NCBI RefSeq assembly: GCF_004010195.1
Contig: NC_057718.1
Span: forward strand, 45,424,717 to 45,488,716
Length of the DNA: 64,000 nt
Reading direction: 5' to 3'
Origin: Chiloscyllium plagiosum
Lineage: Eukaryota
Made by a program: the position numbers and the translations under genes
Shown here: piece after piece, positions 40,046 to 52,388 of the stretch
Numbering within the stretch: the first letter of the stretch is position 1
Layout: every line of letters begins with the position of its first letter
Notes under the pieces: generated by a model
What the model saw: only the letters and a program-made list of their open reading frames with translations
Database searches by the model: none
What the model was told of the DNA's origin: nothing

Positions 40046-40479
40046 AACTAAATCCTTGTTTCCCGCAGGGCATGGGGGATGGACTTCTTGCAGATAATAC
40101 GAGAACGCAGATTAAGCTATAATCAAAGCTATGCAAAGGACTGCTTGGGAGCCAGTCACATAGTTGTTACAGGCAGAAGGCACTTGTCACCTGTCTGTGG
40201 AGTAGTGACCAATTGTCAATCATCTAGTTGTTGCCAGCCAAATCTCCCTTCATTCTCACCTCCTGGCTCCAGCTAACCACTCCCACTGCTTGAAAAACCA
40301 CAGTATAAACAGCATTCAAAATGCGTGTCTTGATTTTCAAAAGAGCAGTGATCATTTCCACCATCTTTGATTTTTAAAACAGTCCTGTTTTTATTTCAGT
40401 GCACAATCAACAATACAGGAAACTACAAAGATACAGTCCTTATATTACGTAATTCAAACTTGGCTTGTGTTCAAGGACA

Positions 40480-41176
40480 GGGGGTGTGATTGTAAGTCAA
40501 GCAAGTATGGGGACCCAAGGAGTGGCTCTTGAGAAGCCTTTGTCCCTGCAATTGTTCAACAGATACTAAGCTTTCAAGCTGTGTGGATGTGTCTTGATTG
40601 CAGGGAGGAAGAGCAAATTGACCGTGGCACAGTGGTGCATGAAGCCACTCAGGTGGCAGGATGAACTAGGAACAGAGTAGTGGTAGGGGACAGTTCAGTT
40701 AGAAAGTTAGTACTGTTCTCTGCAGCTGAGAGAGAGTCCTGAAGGATATTGTTTCCCCACTGTAGGGATTCTATGATTCTATATGTCGCCTGCCAGGGTT
40801 AAGGATATCTACTCCAGTCTGGAATGGAATTTGGAGTGGGAGAGAGACTATCCAGTTGGCATCATCCACAATGGTGCTCATGACTTTGATAGGACTGGAA
40901 GGGAAGTTCTGCTGACATTTTTTTTTACCAGTTAGTGACTAAACTGAAAAGCAGAACCTCTAAGGTCATAATTTCAGGCTTACTACTGGAGCCACAGGCA
41001 AATTGGCACAATAAATTTAAAAGGAGTTAAATGTGTGTCTCAAAGATAGTGTGGGAAGAATGGGCTTCAGTTCATGCAACACTGGTACTAATATGGGTGT
41101 AGAAGGAGAGCTATTCCACTGGAACAGGCTTCACCTAAACAGACTAGTGTCCTGGTGAATTGAATATCTAGGGCTG
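40480..41176 (+). mobile_element. CR1-type LINE ORF1 (SGNH esterase) remnant
   Basis: VVVGDSSVR, KLKSRTSKVIISGLL, LF..NRLHLN (decayed DGLHLN) motifs. Confidence 0.7.
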
Positions 41177-44100
41177 ATTTTGTTTGCACGATGTAGACTG
41201 AAAGTAATCAGATTCATGAAACCATTTTTAACAACCTCAAATAAGCGATGTAACATATTTTAAGCTATTATTGAAATTGAGATAAATCAGAAATTTACCT
41301 TGAATTGGGAATTTAATTAGAATTAAATCAGGATTGACTTAACCATTACAAAATGACACATTAATGGCTATTGTTGATTTGGAGTCATAGCATCAGAACT
41401 AATTTAATTGTGAAGTGATTAAAGCAGATCACAGTTCACTTTGTTCATTCTGTAGTTCTAACTATTGTTTTTGACATAGTTTTCAGAAAAGTAGCTGCAG
41501 CATGACTTTCTGGAACTTGGCTGAGTACAGAGCTGAGCAGAACTGAATCTGCTGTCTCTTCTAGAAATTGCATTTAGCTCAGGCCTTGGAAGAATGCTTG
41601 TTCGCCATTTAACTCTCAGATAAAGAAGAAATGTCAATAGATTTTGCAAGCTCTGGATATCTTGTACATGATTGCTGCTTCTCTGAGAAGTAATGTTGAA
41701 AGTTTGGACATCCTGATTTAAAAGTGCCAGCTGAAAAGCATGCCCCAGGGTGCAGACTATCAAGAGACAATTTGAAAGCAACATGGTGGAGATTTCTCCA
41801 TAGATTTTGCCAGGTCAGAAACCCAGCATAGTTTGATAAATTTCTTGCATCTCTGCACAGCACAGAGGATAGGGGAAAATTTCAGTGAGAACTTTGGAGT
41901 AAATACTCTGACATTAACATGAAGGAAACTTTTATCTGCTAGGAAATGTAGACAATCTACTGAAGTGACTATATTTCCATTTTATTGATTTTTCTCTTTG
42001 TTTTCTACCTGACAGCTGACCAAGTTGGAAGACTGGCTAACTGTCGGGGTGGAAGGCTTCGGGTAAAATGCGATAGCTAGGGAGCAGGAAGGGCAGAGGA
42101 TATTTGCAGTGGGTGAAGTTTAAATGTCAGATCAATGTACGATAGATGGGGTGGGGAGTAGATTACACTTGTTGAACTTGGGCTGGGAGGATGGCTCAGG
42201 GGAAGTGTTCCTGCTGCCCTTGGCCTATAAGAAGTGTCAGTAAAGCATTTGCTGGCTGGATTTGGAAATTCCCACCTTGTTTAAGCTGCTAGGATCCAGG
42301 GAACCCTGACTCACATTTGTTAAATGTCATAGTCACAGAGAATGTGGTTCAAGGCTTTTTTTAGTCATTTCAGTGATGTGGGGTAGTGACAGAGCAATTC
42401 AAACAAAACGTTGAGTGATAAGAATGATGTTCAGAGGTATCAGAACTTGCAGGAGTTTAGAGAGGAACAGGAATATGGGGTGAACATTTAGATAGCAAAG
42501 CAAAGGGATAAGTATAGGTTTTTTTTTACTTACAGGTGTTTATGGCATTCATGGAGAAGAATGGGACAGTCCTTGGAGAGACGAAGCTATTTACAATATT
42601 TGGCCAATACTAGAACTGGAAGCGAAGTTGAATGATCAGTTCATTGTGAAGGAAATAAAAGGCTGTTGTCACAGACAGAATCACCTTAGAGATGGCATGG
42701 GAGGAGATGAAACAGAAACTAAATATGGATGAGAGTTTCAGGTTTAGGCAGCAGGGCTAAGGGAAAGAGAGGAAACCACTGAACACATCATCTCGATCGT
42801 TATAACAAATAGTGGTAGTTACCTTTGAATTTAATTCTTTAAGGCAATCACTTTCATTTCTTAGCCCATTTGGAATTCTGACTAGCATAGGATTTATGTT
42901 TGAGCCATCTATCCCAAGCTGGGCTTCATGCATTTGCATGTTTCTGAACTGGACATCTCTTGATTCATTGTTCTTGTATCCAGTTTCACACTTGTATCTT
43001 TAATGATTCATGGTTGCTGAGAAAGAATCCAAATAACAGCACTTTTAATCAGAAAGTATTCTTGCTTTCAGTTCTGGTTCTAACATTCAATATGATGATA
43101 AGAAGAAATTTCCCACTCTCTCTACCTACATGTAAGCATTCCTGCCATGTTCCTAACCTCCCTTTAATTTATCTGTACCTTGTTTTCAGGGCTAACACCA
43201 CTAATAGCATGTTTTTTCTGAGGTTTATAATTTCTTGCATTAATCTATGTATTATATATTATGAATATAAACAGAGTCTAAAAGCCAATGAAATGAAACG
43301 TAAAATCAGATAGATGGAACCCTCTAAATCCATGTGTGCAGTGGGCACATTCATCCCTAAAACACTGAGGAGAAAGCAATTACAAGGGCAATCACAGAGA
43401 AAAGGGTAGTCTGCTTATGTGAGAACAACAGAATCTGGGAGGAGGACCTTGTCCAATCACAGATTCTGCCTCTCATGCTGCTCCAGTCATAGATTCCCCC
43501 TCCATTGCTCTTATTGAGCCTCAGGACGTTTAATTGGACAAGAGACATGGTAGGTGACAGAAATTCTATAATTCGAGGATCTAGAGCAGACTTTGGCTGC
43601 ATCGCTACCAATCGATGGATATCCTTCAGAAGGCAGAGGATAAGAATCAGAAAATGAAACCAAGATGAATGAAGTCTCAGTCTTCGTTGTACCAATGAGT
43701 GCTGATTGGGTTCAGGCTCTCTCAGATTGGTGCTCAGCCTCAGCAATAAATGGGGCAGTTAACCTAGTGCTATTAGCAAAGAAAGAAAGATACAATTTGG
43801 AAATTTTTTTCAAAAGAGCATGTACAGGGAGGATGTCTAGGTATTCTGTAACACCTCGTAAAGATCAACGAATGATTATGCAGAGCATTTCCTTAAGTGA
43901 ATAAAAATGTGGCAGTGTCCAACATTATATCGATTACTTTTGAACTGCAAAAGGGATTAAAGAGATTTAAGTGAATCCATCAGCTGATGAGTAGGGGCTG
44001 TGATTTGGAGGAGACGTGTGTATACCTTGATAGCTTGGAGGGGGGGGGCTGATTATAATGTGGTTGTAAGAGTATTTGATACATTATCTAAGAAAATGAT

Positions 44101-44344
44101 TGCAATTCATTCAGAACTTAATTAGTTGGGCAATTTTAATTGGAATGTCCAGACCCAGACTACAGTCGGTCAAATTCGAATCATTCGTCACCTGTATCAT
44201 TCAGATGTTTCCATGATCCCATTTTCAATACAGAATGGTGGAGTTATTTCTCAAAAATGTTTTTAAAAATTTCTAGATTCCAAACTTAGTAATGTTTGTA
44301 TGTATGAAATCTTTGGTGTTTATGCTGTCTTGGCTTTCAAAAGA

Positions 44345-44610
44345 TAGAATTGCCACTCCCCTAGTCAAGGTCATTCAGTACAGTTACAATACTGGCATCT
44401 ACCCAACATTGTGGAAAATTGCCCAGATATATCCAGTACACAAAAAGCAGGATAAATCCAACTTGACCAATTACCACCCCATCAGTCTGCTCTCAATCAT
44501 CAGTAAAGTCATCATCCATGCTATCAACAGCACCTGTTCAGTAATAACCTGCTCAGTGACACACAGTTTGGGTTCCATCAGGGCCATTCAGCTCCTGATG
44601 CCATTACATG
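44345..44610 (+). mobile_element. CR1/L2-group LINE RT fragment
   Basis: YPTLWKIAQIYPVHKKQDKSNLTNYHPISLLSIISKV. Confidence 0.85.
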
Positions 44611-45636
44611 ACTGCCAGCATTCCCAATAATTTCTGTTTCTTCTGCATGGCCCTCTGAGGTGCAAGCGTAGCAGCAACTTCTGGAACCAGAAATCAATGC
44701 TGCAAACAGCAATGATGCAGTGATCTCCATGCAACTAAGAGGGAACATTGGTTATGCACCATCTGATGAAGGAGTTAATCAGAATGAAAAAGATGAGACT
44801 GTGAACAGAAACGTTGGGTTTGTTTCTGTGTTATGTGATGCTATGACTCTAAGTAGCCCCCAAGAATCAAAAAAGAGCCCTCAACTAAATCTCAAAGAGT
44901 CTTAAACAAAAGTAGTTTTGAATCTTAGTGGGAAGTAAGTCAGGTGTTTGACCGGAATCTTCCTGTTATTTGCAAGGCAGTTTTGATTAAAAGTAAAACT
45001 TCAGATTTAATCAGCTTCACAGCCCTTTATAGCACTAAAGCAGAGGAAATTTAATAGGTCCTGCTTAATATGGATGTAAATGTGAGAACTTAGGCATCTT
45101 TATAGTACTACATATGCCTGCGATCTAGCTCTACACATTAATTTTTTTGCATTCTTGCATTATCACTAAGTGATAATGGTCAATGTCTTGGTTTTGGCGC
45201 AAGGTTAGCCGCAATTACCCAGTGGTACTTCCAAGAATGTTTGTGTCATTTAAAGATTTGATTCTAACCATTTTTGTAGAATTCTTGAAATTAAAAATCT
45301 AGATTATTGATGCAGCTTACTAGAATAATGTGCCTTTGAACTCAACCAGATATATTTCAGGTATTAATGTTTTAAAAGGTGTGTGATTTTGTGTTATAAC
45401 ATTTGCCATGACCTAGTAAAAGTAACTTCCTGTTGTGGTTTGCCACAGTGAAAAGCTACACGGCATCGAAGCAATGGGAAAATAGCTTATTTGTCCCTGG
45501 TGTTTGTTTTGTTGATTTAAAGAAAAGTTGTGTTTTTCATTAGTACGAAGGTTTCTCTGCATGAACTGATTGAGAAAGACCATTGGAGCATGATCTCTAA
45601 AGGTTAATACTTAGAATACTTTATTACAAGAGTATG

Positions 45637-46010
45637 ACAGCATAGTGGTCATGTTACTGTTCTACTATCCCAGGTCCCTGGTTTAATGATCCGGAACTAT
45701 GAGTTCAAACCTTACTAAGGCAGCTGGAAAATTTGAATCCAATTAATTAAATAAACCTGGAAGCAAAAAACTAGTTTCAGTATTGGTAGTTATGAAACTA
45801 CTCAAATGTCATAAAAAACACATCTAGTTCATTAATATCCTTTTGGGAATATACACCATTGTCCTTACACCAGCTGATATATTTGCAATTCCAGATATAT
45901 AGCGATGTGATGGACTCTTAACTGTTCTCTGAAATAACTTAACAAGCACTCAGTTATGCAAACAGGGATGGGTATTAAGTGTACTGCCTGCATCCTTTCA
46001 ATGAATCTTT
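45637..46010 (+). mobile_element. Degenerate copy of the 11135 tRNA SINE family
   Basis: gagttcaaacc B box, catctagttcattaatatcc, gactcttaactg.tctctgaaat, tail gggatggg...aatgaat. Confidence 0.7.
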
Positions 46011-46209
46011 TTAAGAAATTTACTTATTTATTGAAGCTACCTTTTGCATTTTGAGCATCGAGGATATATGTGTGAAGAATGGCTTTCTTTCCCTGGAGAT
46101 TTGCAATCTATGAAGCATGTGTTTGTAACAGAGCAATAAGTCCCTCAAGGAGGAGGATTATTCAAGTTCCGTTCTTGGACTGTTAACACTTTGTGGTATT
46201 TTCTCACAG

Positions 46210-46273
46210 ACAAACACAGTCATGTTCTCCGACACCAATCAGGAGACGACCCACATGGAGCAGATCATCTTTG
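46210..46273 (+). CDS. PTPN14: PTPN14 coding exon (exon 11 equivalent, 64 bp)
   Basis: ctcacag|A...TTG|gtatgc; QTQSCSPTPIRRRPTWSRSSL; phase 2 to 0 fits both neighbours. Confidence 0.92.
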
Positions 46274-48393
46274 GTATGCTTACTATCACCAGTAATATAC
46301 GTGGCATTGGATAGCAATGATTAATTAAACAGTGGCTTATTTATATTACTAACTTTGTTTTAACCTTCTCATTTGTATCTTATTTTGTAAAGTGTTTCCT
46401 GTGAGTACAATCCTATAGATAATTCACATGTTTAAAGCATCGGGAGCTCAGAAGTCATCAAGTTGGATTGATTTGTTTGCTTTCACTTTTTTTCTAAACA
46501 TAAACAGTTAGAAAATATCATTTTTGTTTTCCTTTTGCTACACTAATATACTGTCTCTCAAATTGCTTTATTTTGCAGTTAGCTTGTCTCCTGGATTTAA
46601 TTCACTGGAAAATATTCTAGGAAAGGTCCCACCCATGATTTTTGTGTTAATTAGAAGTAAAATTTTTTATAAAATTGATGTAATAATGTGATGAATATCT
46701 TTATTATGTTTTGTTAAGATATGATCTATTTACTAAAAATGCTAGAAGGGATAGAGTTGAAATGATACGAACTTGTTTAGGACAACTTTCGTTAACTGTC
46801 CAGTTAATTGAATAGAAAATCAGGATCAGGGCAATAGCTGTTTTTACCCTTCCTCACTCAGGGGTACTGTGGTCACCTACACTACTATCTCCACTGAGGT
46901 CAATTAAGATGGCACAGATAAAAGCCTGTTTTACTGGCCCAAAACTAGCACCAAAGTGGGGACTAGCAGATACCCATTTCGCAGTGAAAGTGTGCCACTG
47001 ACCCGAACTGTATTGGAGTCCGTGGCTTATGCCTGGAACAGATTCTGAGCACCTTCAATTCAGAGGAGTGGGTGCAGGGAGGCCTAAAGCTGGTTGAGGC
47101 TCCTCTTTGCAAAACAAATTGGTGTTTAGCCACAGAATGTGGCTAATCGGTGGTCGGTATTCTCAGTGCCTGTCTCTGGAAAGCGCATTATTTCACAACC
47201 GGCTCCCGTTTCACCTGGCTCCATGTTAAATTAAAGATCCTGTGCTTGCTTCATTTCAGTAGAAATCCTTCCATCTCATTCTTATGTCCTATTATCTGCT
47301 CCACCTCGTGAGTCTGGGCCAGCCAGCTGTAATGCTTTCTGAAGCTCAATTGTGATTTCCTGTGGTCTTGCCAATAGCTTCAATATGTATGAGTAGTAGG
47401 CGTGGCACTGGGATTGCTAATTTGGGAGGTCTCGATTTGTTTAACTCAATGCATTAATTTACCAAATGAATCATTAGAGCAATTCAATGAAGACCATTAA
47501 CAAAATTAATTCTTGCATCTTCCATCCTTGAGTCATGATTTTCTAGAGGTTATTTGTATAAATAAATTCAGATTTCAAAATTTGTATTGATTTATGTATT
47601 ACTGGAAATTTCTACCAATGATGTAAGACTGGATAACATTTAAAGTCGCATCTTTAACTTTTAAGCACCTCTTCTCATAATAATCAGAGAACAAACGTGT
47701 GATTCAATTTTCAACCGAGCACTTTTGTTAATTCATGATCCTCGCCAGCTTAGTATTTTGCATTAAAAATTATACATATCAGCACCTGTCCAAATTTCTC
47801 CTCAGGATGTGGGGACTCTGATAAGGTTCACTGGTGTCCAGTCACCAATTAATCTGAGCTAGTGATGGTCATACTCATTTATAGTTGCAGCCCTTGCATT
47901 GATGGCACTTCTGTGGGGTTTTTGCAAAGTTATGGTAATGGAATAAAAGAAATGGAAGGGAAATTCACTCTCTTGCAATTAAAATAATACATCTGCCTAC
48001 AATGAAGGTTCCAAGAATATGTTATCTTGCAAGAAATAATATTCTAGCTTTTCTCATTTTCTGATTCAATCTATGTCCTGTTTCAGCAGAGAAGTTGTTT
48101 AATGTTTCCAATGGATAAAGAAACCCGTCCAGCTCATAATTTATTGAACCACAATGAACCTGTCAACCTAATTCAAACATTCATGTTATTAGGGCAAAGA
48201 GAGAGATCACCTCTGATATTATGACAATATAATGGATTTAATTTTCAAAAAAAGTGTTAGATGTTAAATACTGTCAGTTTTCATATCCGTTTCTGAGAGA
48301 TATTACAGTACAAAATTAATAGCTATACGAATGTACTTAAGTGCAAATAGTGCTGCTTCTAATTTTCATATAATTCTTATTGCTTGATTTTAG

Positions 48394-48472
48394 CCAAGGC
48401 AACAGCCATTTATAATGTCACCAATGCATGTACAGTACGGAGAGCATTATACTGAAACAAACACCTCACAAG
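48394..48472 (+). CDS. PTPN14: PTPN14 coding exon (exon 12 equivalent, 79 bp)
   Basis: ttttag|CCA...CAAG|gtattt; PRQQPFIMSPMHVQYGEHYTETNTSQ. Confidence 0.95.
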
Positions 48473-48584
48473 GTATTTATTTTAGTTTCTGGTGTATCTA
48501 GTATATCTTATTTTATTTCTCGAGGTGGTATTACTGTTGTAACAGTGCTGAATGACAATGTTGTGGCTTAAGTGAAGCTTTTAC

Positions 48585-48717
48585 TGCCCTAAAGAAGGGT
48601 CACTGGATCCAAAATATTAATTCTGCTTCCTTTGTAGATGCTGCCAGACCTGCTGAGTTTTTTGCCCAGTTTCTATTTTGTTTCTGATTTCCAGCATCCG
48701 CAGTCCTTTTTTTTTGA
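48585..48717 (+). mobile_element. PLE-type short element with a decayed hammerhead core
   Basis: ctaaaga-a-gggtc-actg-gatcc-aaaa, then agatgctgccagacctgctgagttt...gatttccagcatccgcagt. Confidence 0.75.
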
Positions 48718-49109
48718 AGCCCTGCAATTGAATGGCTATCAAAATAACTCAGGGATGTTCATCATTTTGACCCATAATAACTATGCAATAATTCAGAAAA
48801 TGGGTGGAGAAAAGTTGGAAAAGGAAAGAACATGTAACTGGATTTAATTGGATGAATGGGAAAAACTGGTCTCTTGTTCATTACATCAGTTTCTGCTGGT
48901 GAAAAACTTATTTGAATTGAGTATGTATTTAGTTTTATTCACTTCAGTTTTATGTATTTTTAATGTGTGCTGTAAGCTGTGTGAATACATTGGCAAACGC
49001 ATTTAGAATCAATTATCATGAGAAGATGCCTTATTCATACCATTGACATATCAAGAATTTTTCCTGTAACTCACTTGCAGTAGATGTAAGCATGTCTTAT
49101 TACACACAA

Positions 49110-49900
49110 ACATAGGAAATAGGATCTGGAATAGGCCACTCAGGCGAAAGTGAGGACTTGCAGATACTGGAGATCAGAGTCAAGATTAGAGTGGTGCTGG
49201 AAAAGCACAGCAGGTCACTCAGCATCCGAGGAGCAAGAAAATCAACATTTCGGGCAGGAGCCCTTCATCAGGAATGAGGGCTCATTCCTGATGAAGGGCC
49301 CCTGCCCGAAATGTCGATTTTCCTGCTGTTCGGATGCTGCCTGACCTGCTGTGCTTTTCCAGCACCACTCTAATCTTCACTCAGCTCTTCAAGCCTACCC
49401 CACCATTCAGTAAGATCATTATTTGACTTTAACCTCAACTCTCCATTCCTTCCTCCCCTGTTAACCTTTTACCTCTTTGCTTATCATGAGTCTGTCTGCC
49501 TCTGTCTTAAAATATTCAAATCTTCTGCCTCTGCCATCTTTTGATGAAGAGAGTGCCAAAGACACTAACCACTTTGAGAGAAATAATTCTCCTTATCTCT
49601 GTCTTAGCTGGACAACCCTTAATTTTTATTACAGTGATTCTCCCACAAGAGGCGATATCCTCTCCACAGCAATCAAAACCTCTCACTTTTGATGTTTTAA
49701 TCCTTAATCTTCCAAAGTCTAATGGATATGAGCCAAGCTTGTCCAACTTTCCCTCATAAGAAGACTTAATGAGTCCAGGTATTAGTCTGGGAGACTTCCT
49801 TGAAATGCCTCCTACATGTTTACATTTTAGATTAAATAGGGAGACCAGTACTGTACACACTATTCCAGGTGTGGTCTCAGTTATACCCCGTATAACTGAA
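49110..49900 (-). mobile_element. CR1 LINE 3' fragment (host of the 49144 hairpin element)
   Basis: Minus-strand TTPGIVCTVLVS, RLIPGL..SYEGKLDKLG; CR1 tail at the left end. Confidence 0.8.
49144..49377. mobile_element. Fold-back Penelope-type element, ~100-bp arms, two head-to-head hammerhead cores
   Basis: Arms 49177-49278 and 49281-49382 with a 2-nt spacer; + core ctgatga-a-gggc-ccct-gccc-gaaa-tg-tc at 49288-49315; mirror core on the minus strand; TSD cactcag at 49137-49143 and 49378-49384. Confidence 0.88.
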
Positions 49901-50055
49901 GCATATCGCCCCCTGAAAGATGTAACACAGATTGTGTATATAAAGGCAGTGATTTTATTGTAGATTGAGGTATCATCTCTGTGATCTTGCATATAGTAAA
50001 GCTTTAAACTGCAGTCATTTAATCACAATTTTTAATTGTTCATGCTTTATTTTAG

Positions 50056-51527
50056 ATAGCATTTACCATGGCAATGAGGAAAGATTCTACTGCAGATCTC
50101 AGTCTAGTTTGGACAGATGTCCAGTGGAATATAATTACATGAATGGAACTGTGCCAAATGGCAGTGTATATAGTGCTTCTAGCATGAACTCATTGAATCA
50201 TTCACAAAACTTCATCCAGGCATCACCAGTGTCTTCTAATCTCAGCATTCCTGGAAGTGACATCATGCGTGCAGATTACATCCCCAGCCACAGGCACAGT
50301 GCTATCATTGTCCCCTCATATAGGCCTACGCCTGACTACGAGACTGTAATGAGGCAAATGAAACGAGGCATCATTCATATGGATTGTCAAAGTCAGTCAT
50401 TGAGAAACCTTAATATTGGAAATACTCATGCATACAATCAGCCAGAACCTATGGTTTACAGTCAACCGGAGATTAGGGAGCGATCGCAATATCCCTCTCG
50501 ATATGGGTCAAAGCACAGTTACAGTAAACCTGTAGCCACTTCTGCTCAACAAAATGCCAGCCATCCAGCATCTACCCGGACAGCAAATAGTGCAATCTCA
50601 CACACAGTAAGCACACCAGAGCTTGCCAATATGCAATTACAAGGTACTCAGAATTACAGTACTACCCACATGTTGAGAAACCATTTTTGTAGACCACCCC
50701 CTCCATATCCACGTCCTCGGCCTGCCACTAGTACACCAGACCTTGCCAGTCACCGCCATAAGTACGTTAGTGGCAGTAGCCCTGATTTAGTCAGTCGGCG
50801 GGTCCAGCTCTTTGTGAAAACATTTCAAGAGGACAGTTCACCTGTCGTACACCAGTCCTTGCAGGAGGTCAGTGAACCCCTCACAACAGCCAAACATCAT
50901 GCAGCTGTTAACAAACGTCACAGCCTAGAGGTAATCAGTAGTATGGTACGAGGTATGGAGGCCATGGCACTGAAAACTTTAAGTGCTTCAGTCCCTCAAC
51001 GTAGGAACACCATGCGTGACCAACGCCGTCAAGACGACCAGGTTCAAGAGGTTCAACAGCAACCTTCATATCATCACAAGAAGACACTGTCGGATGCCAC
51101 AATGCTAATTCACAGCAGTGAAAGTGAAGATGAAGAGGAGACCCCTGACTATGATGTCCAAATACCAACATTTAATCACAATATAGACTATCGAGCCCAG
51201 CTGCAGGCAGCATTGGCAAAAATACCAAACAAACCCCCTCCTGAATACCCAGGCAACAAAAAAAGTATAAGCAATGGTGCCTTAAGACAGGAACAAGCTA
51301 AAATGTCAGAGTTTGCTATCAGGAACAAACTGCCAGGTCCTGAACTGGATACATTCTCACGAAATGAACAGATGACACTTAATGGGTCTTCACTTGGGCC
51401 ATCCATTTCTGAGCCTGATCTCACCAGTGTGAAAGAGCGTGTCAAAAAGGAGCCAGTCAAAGAAAGGCCTGTATCGGAACTGTTTTCTACTGAAGACAGC
51501 ATTGTGGAAAGGGAAATCATGTTGAGG
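50056..51527 (+). CDS. PTPN14: PTPN14 large linker exon (exon 13 equivalent, 1472 bp) with two PPxY motifs
   Basis: tttag|AT...TTGAGG|gtaatt. Contains SSNLSIPGSDIMRADYIPSHRHSAIIVPSYRPTPDYETVMRQMKRG, RPPPPYPRPRPATSTPDLASHRHKYVSGSSPDLV and KPPPEYPG, diagnostic of PTPN14. Confidence 0.98.
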
Positions 51528-52238
51528 GTAATTCTCTTTATTTCTAATATCATGGATGCATATTTATGCAACTGGAAAAATGCTGGTTTAGAATTTATCA
51601 AAGGGTTAGAGATACCTTGTTCCATATCCATATTGTATAGCCAAAAATTATAAAATATCTTTTGTTATATGGAGAGATAATTATCTGTATTAATAGAGAT
51701 TTTAGTGTGTTGTTCCTGCAGAAAAAAATACAACAATCATATTATAATTTTCTTAAAGTTTACTTTTCTTTATAAAGTTAATACTTAAAATATTAAAATC
51801 AGATCCACTTCTTGAACAAGGGAAATTGTGTTCTTGGGTTTAAGCACAATCTGTTTTAAAAGCTCTTTGCCTTATCTCCATTTTTTTAAAATCCAAAGTC
51901 AGTTCAATGCTCCCATAAATCATTGAGTTCAATTAATTGTTTTAATTCAGCTAAATGAAATCACTATGCCATTCCTAAACATTTTTCATTCCTAGTCTGG
52001 TTATATTCATTTGCTGATAAAAAGTGAAAAATGGTGCTTAATTCTGTAAAGCTTAACATTTGATAAACAGAACAGTATTTTATGGATATTTTTGGAGTCA
52101 AAAGAATGTTATTTGTAATGGTCACCTGGGTTCAATATCTTTGTTAAGCCAATTGTTGAAAGATAAAAAATTTGGTATTATTTTTACTTTCGAATATCAG
52201 TGCCAATGACATTAGCATTTCTTCTTCCCCATCCAAAG

Positions 52239-52388
52239 AATTTAGAAAAGCAGAAACTAGCAGCAGCAGCAGAAGCCCAAAAGATAGGGCCACTGAAGTG
52301 GGCGGCCCTCAATGGACTATCAATGGCCAGGGTTCCAGTGCTCGAGGACAGCCAAGATGACACTTCAAAGGTCCCAATGGATGAAAGG
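52239..52388 (+). CDS. PTPN14: PTPN14 coding exon (exon 14 equivalent, 150 bp)
   Basis: ccaaag|AAT...AGG|gtgagc; NLEKQKLAAAAEAQKIGPLKWAALNGLSMARVPVLEDSQDDTSKVPMDER. Confidence 0.93.

Noticed and set aside
43357..43746. 129-aa minus-strand ORF
   Set aside because: No recognisable domain, splice context or retrocopy hallmarks.
50935..51631. Antisense ORFs (78 and 147 aa) over exon 13; likewise 52184-52396 and 62759-63160
   Set aside because: Shadow frames of real coding exons with no independent support.
49965..51653. 562-aa ORF as a standalone gene
   Set aside because: It is PTPN14 exon 13 plus intronic read-through; the splice sites are at 50056 and 51527.
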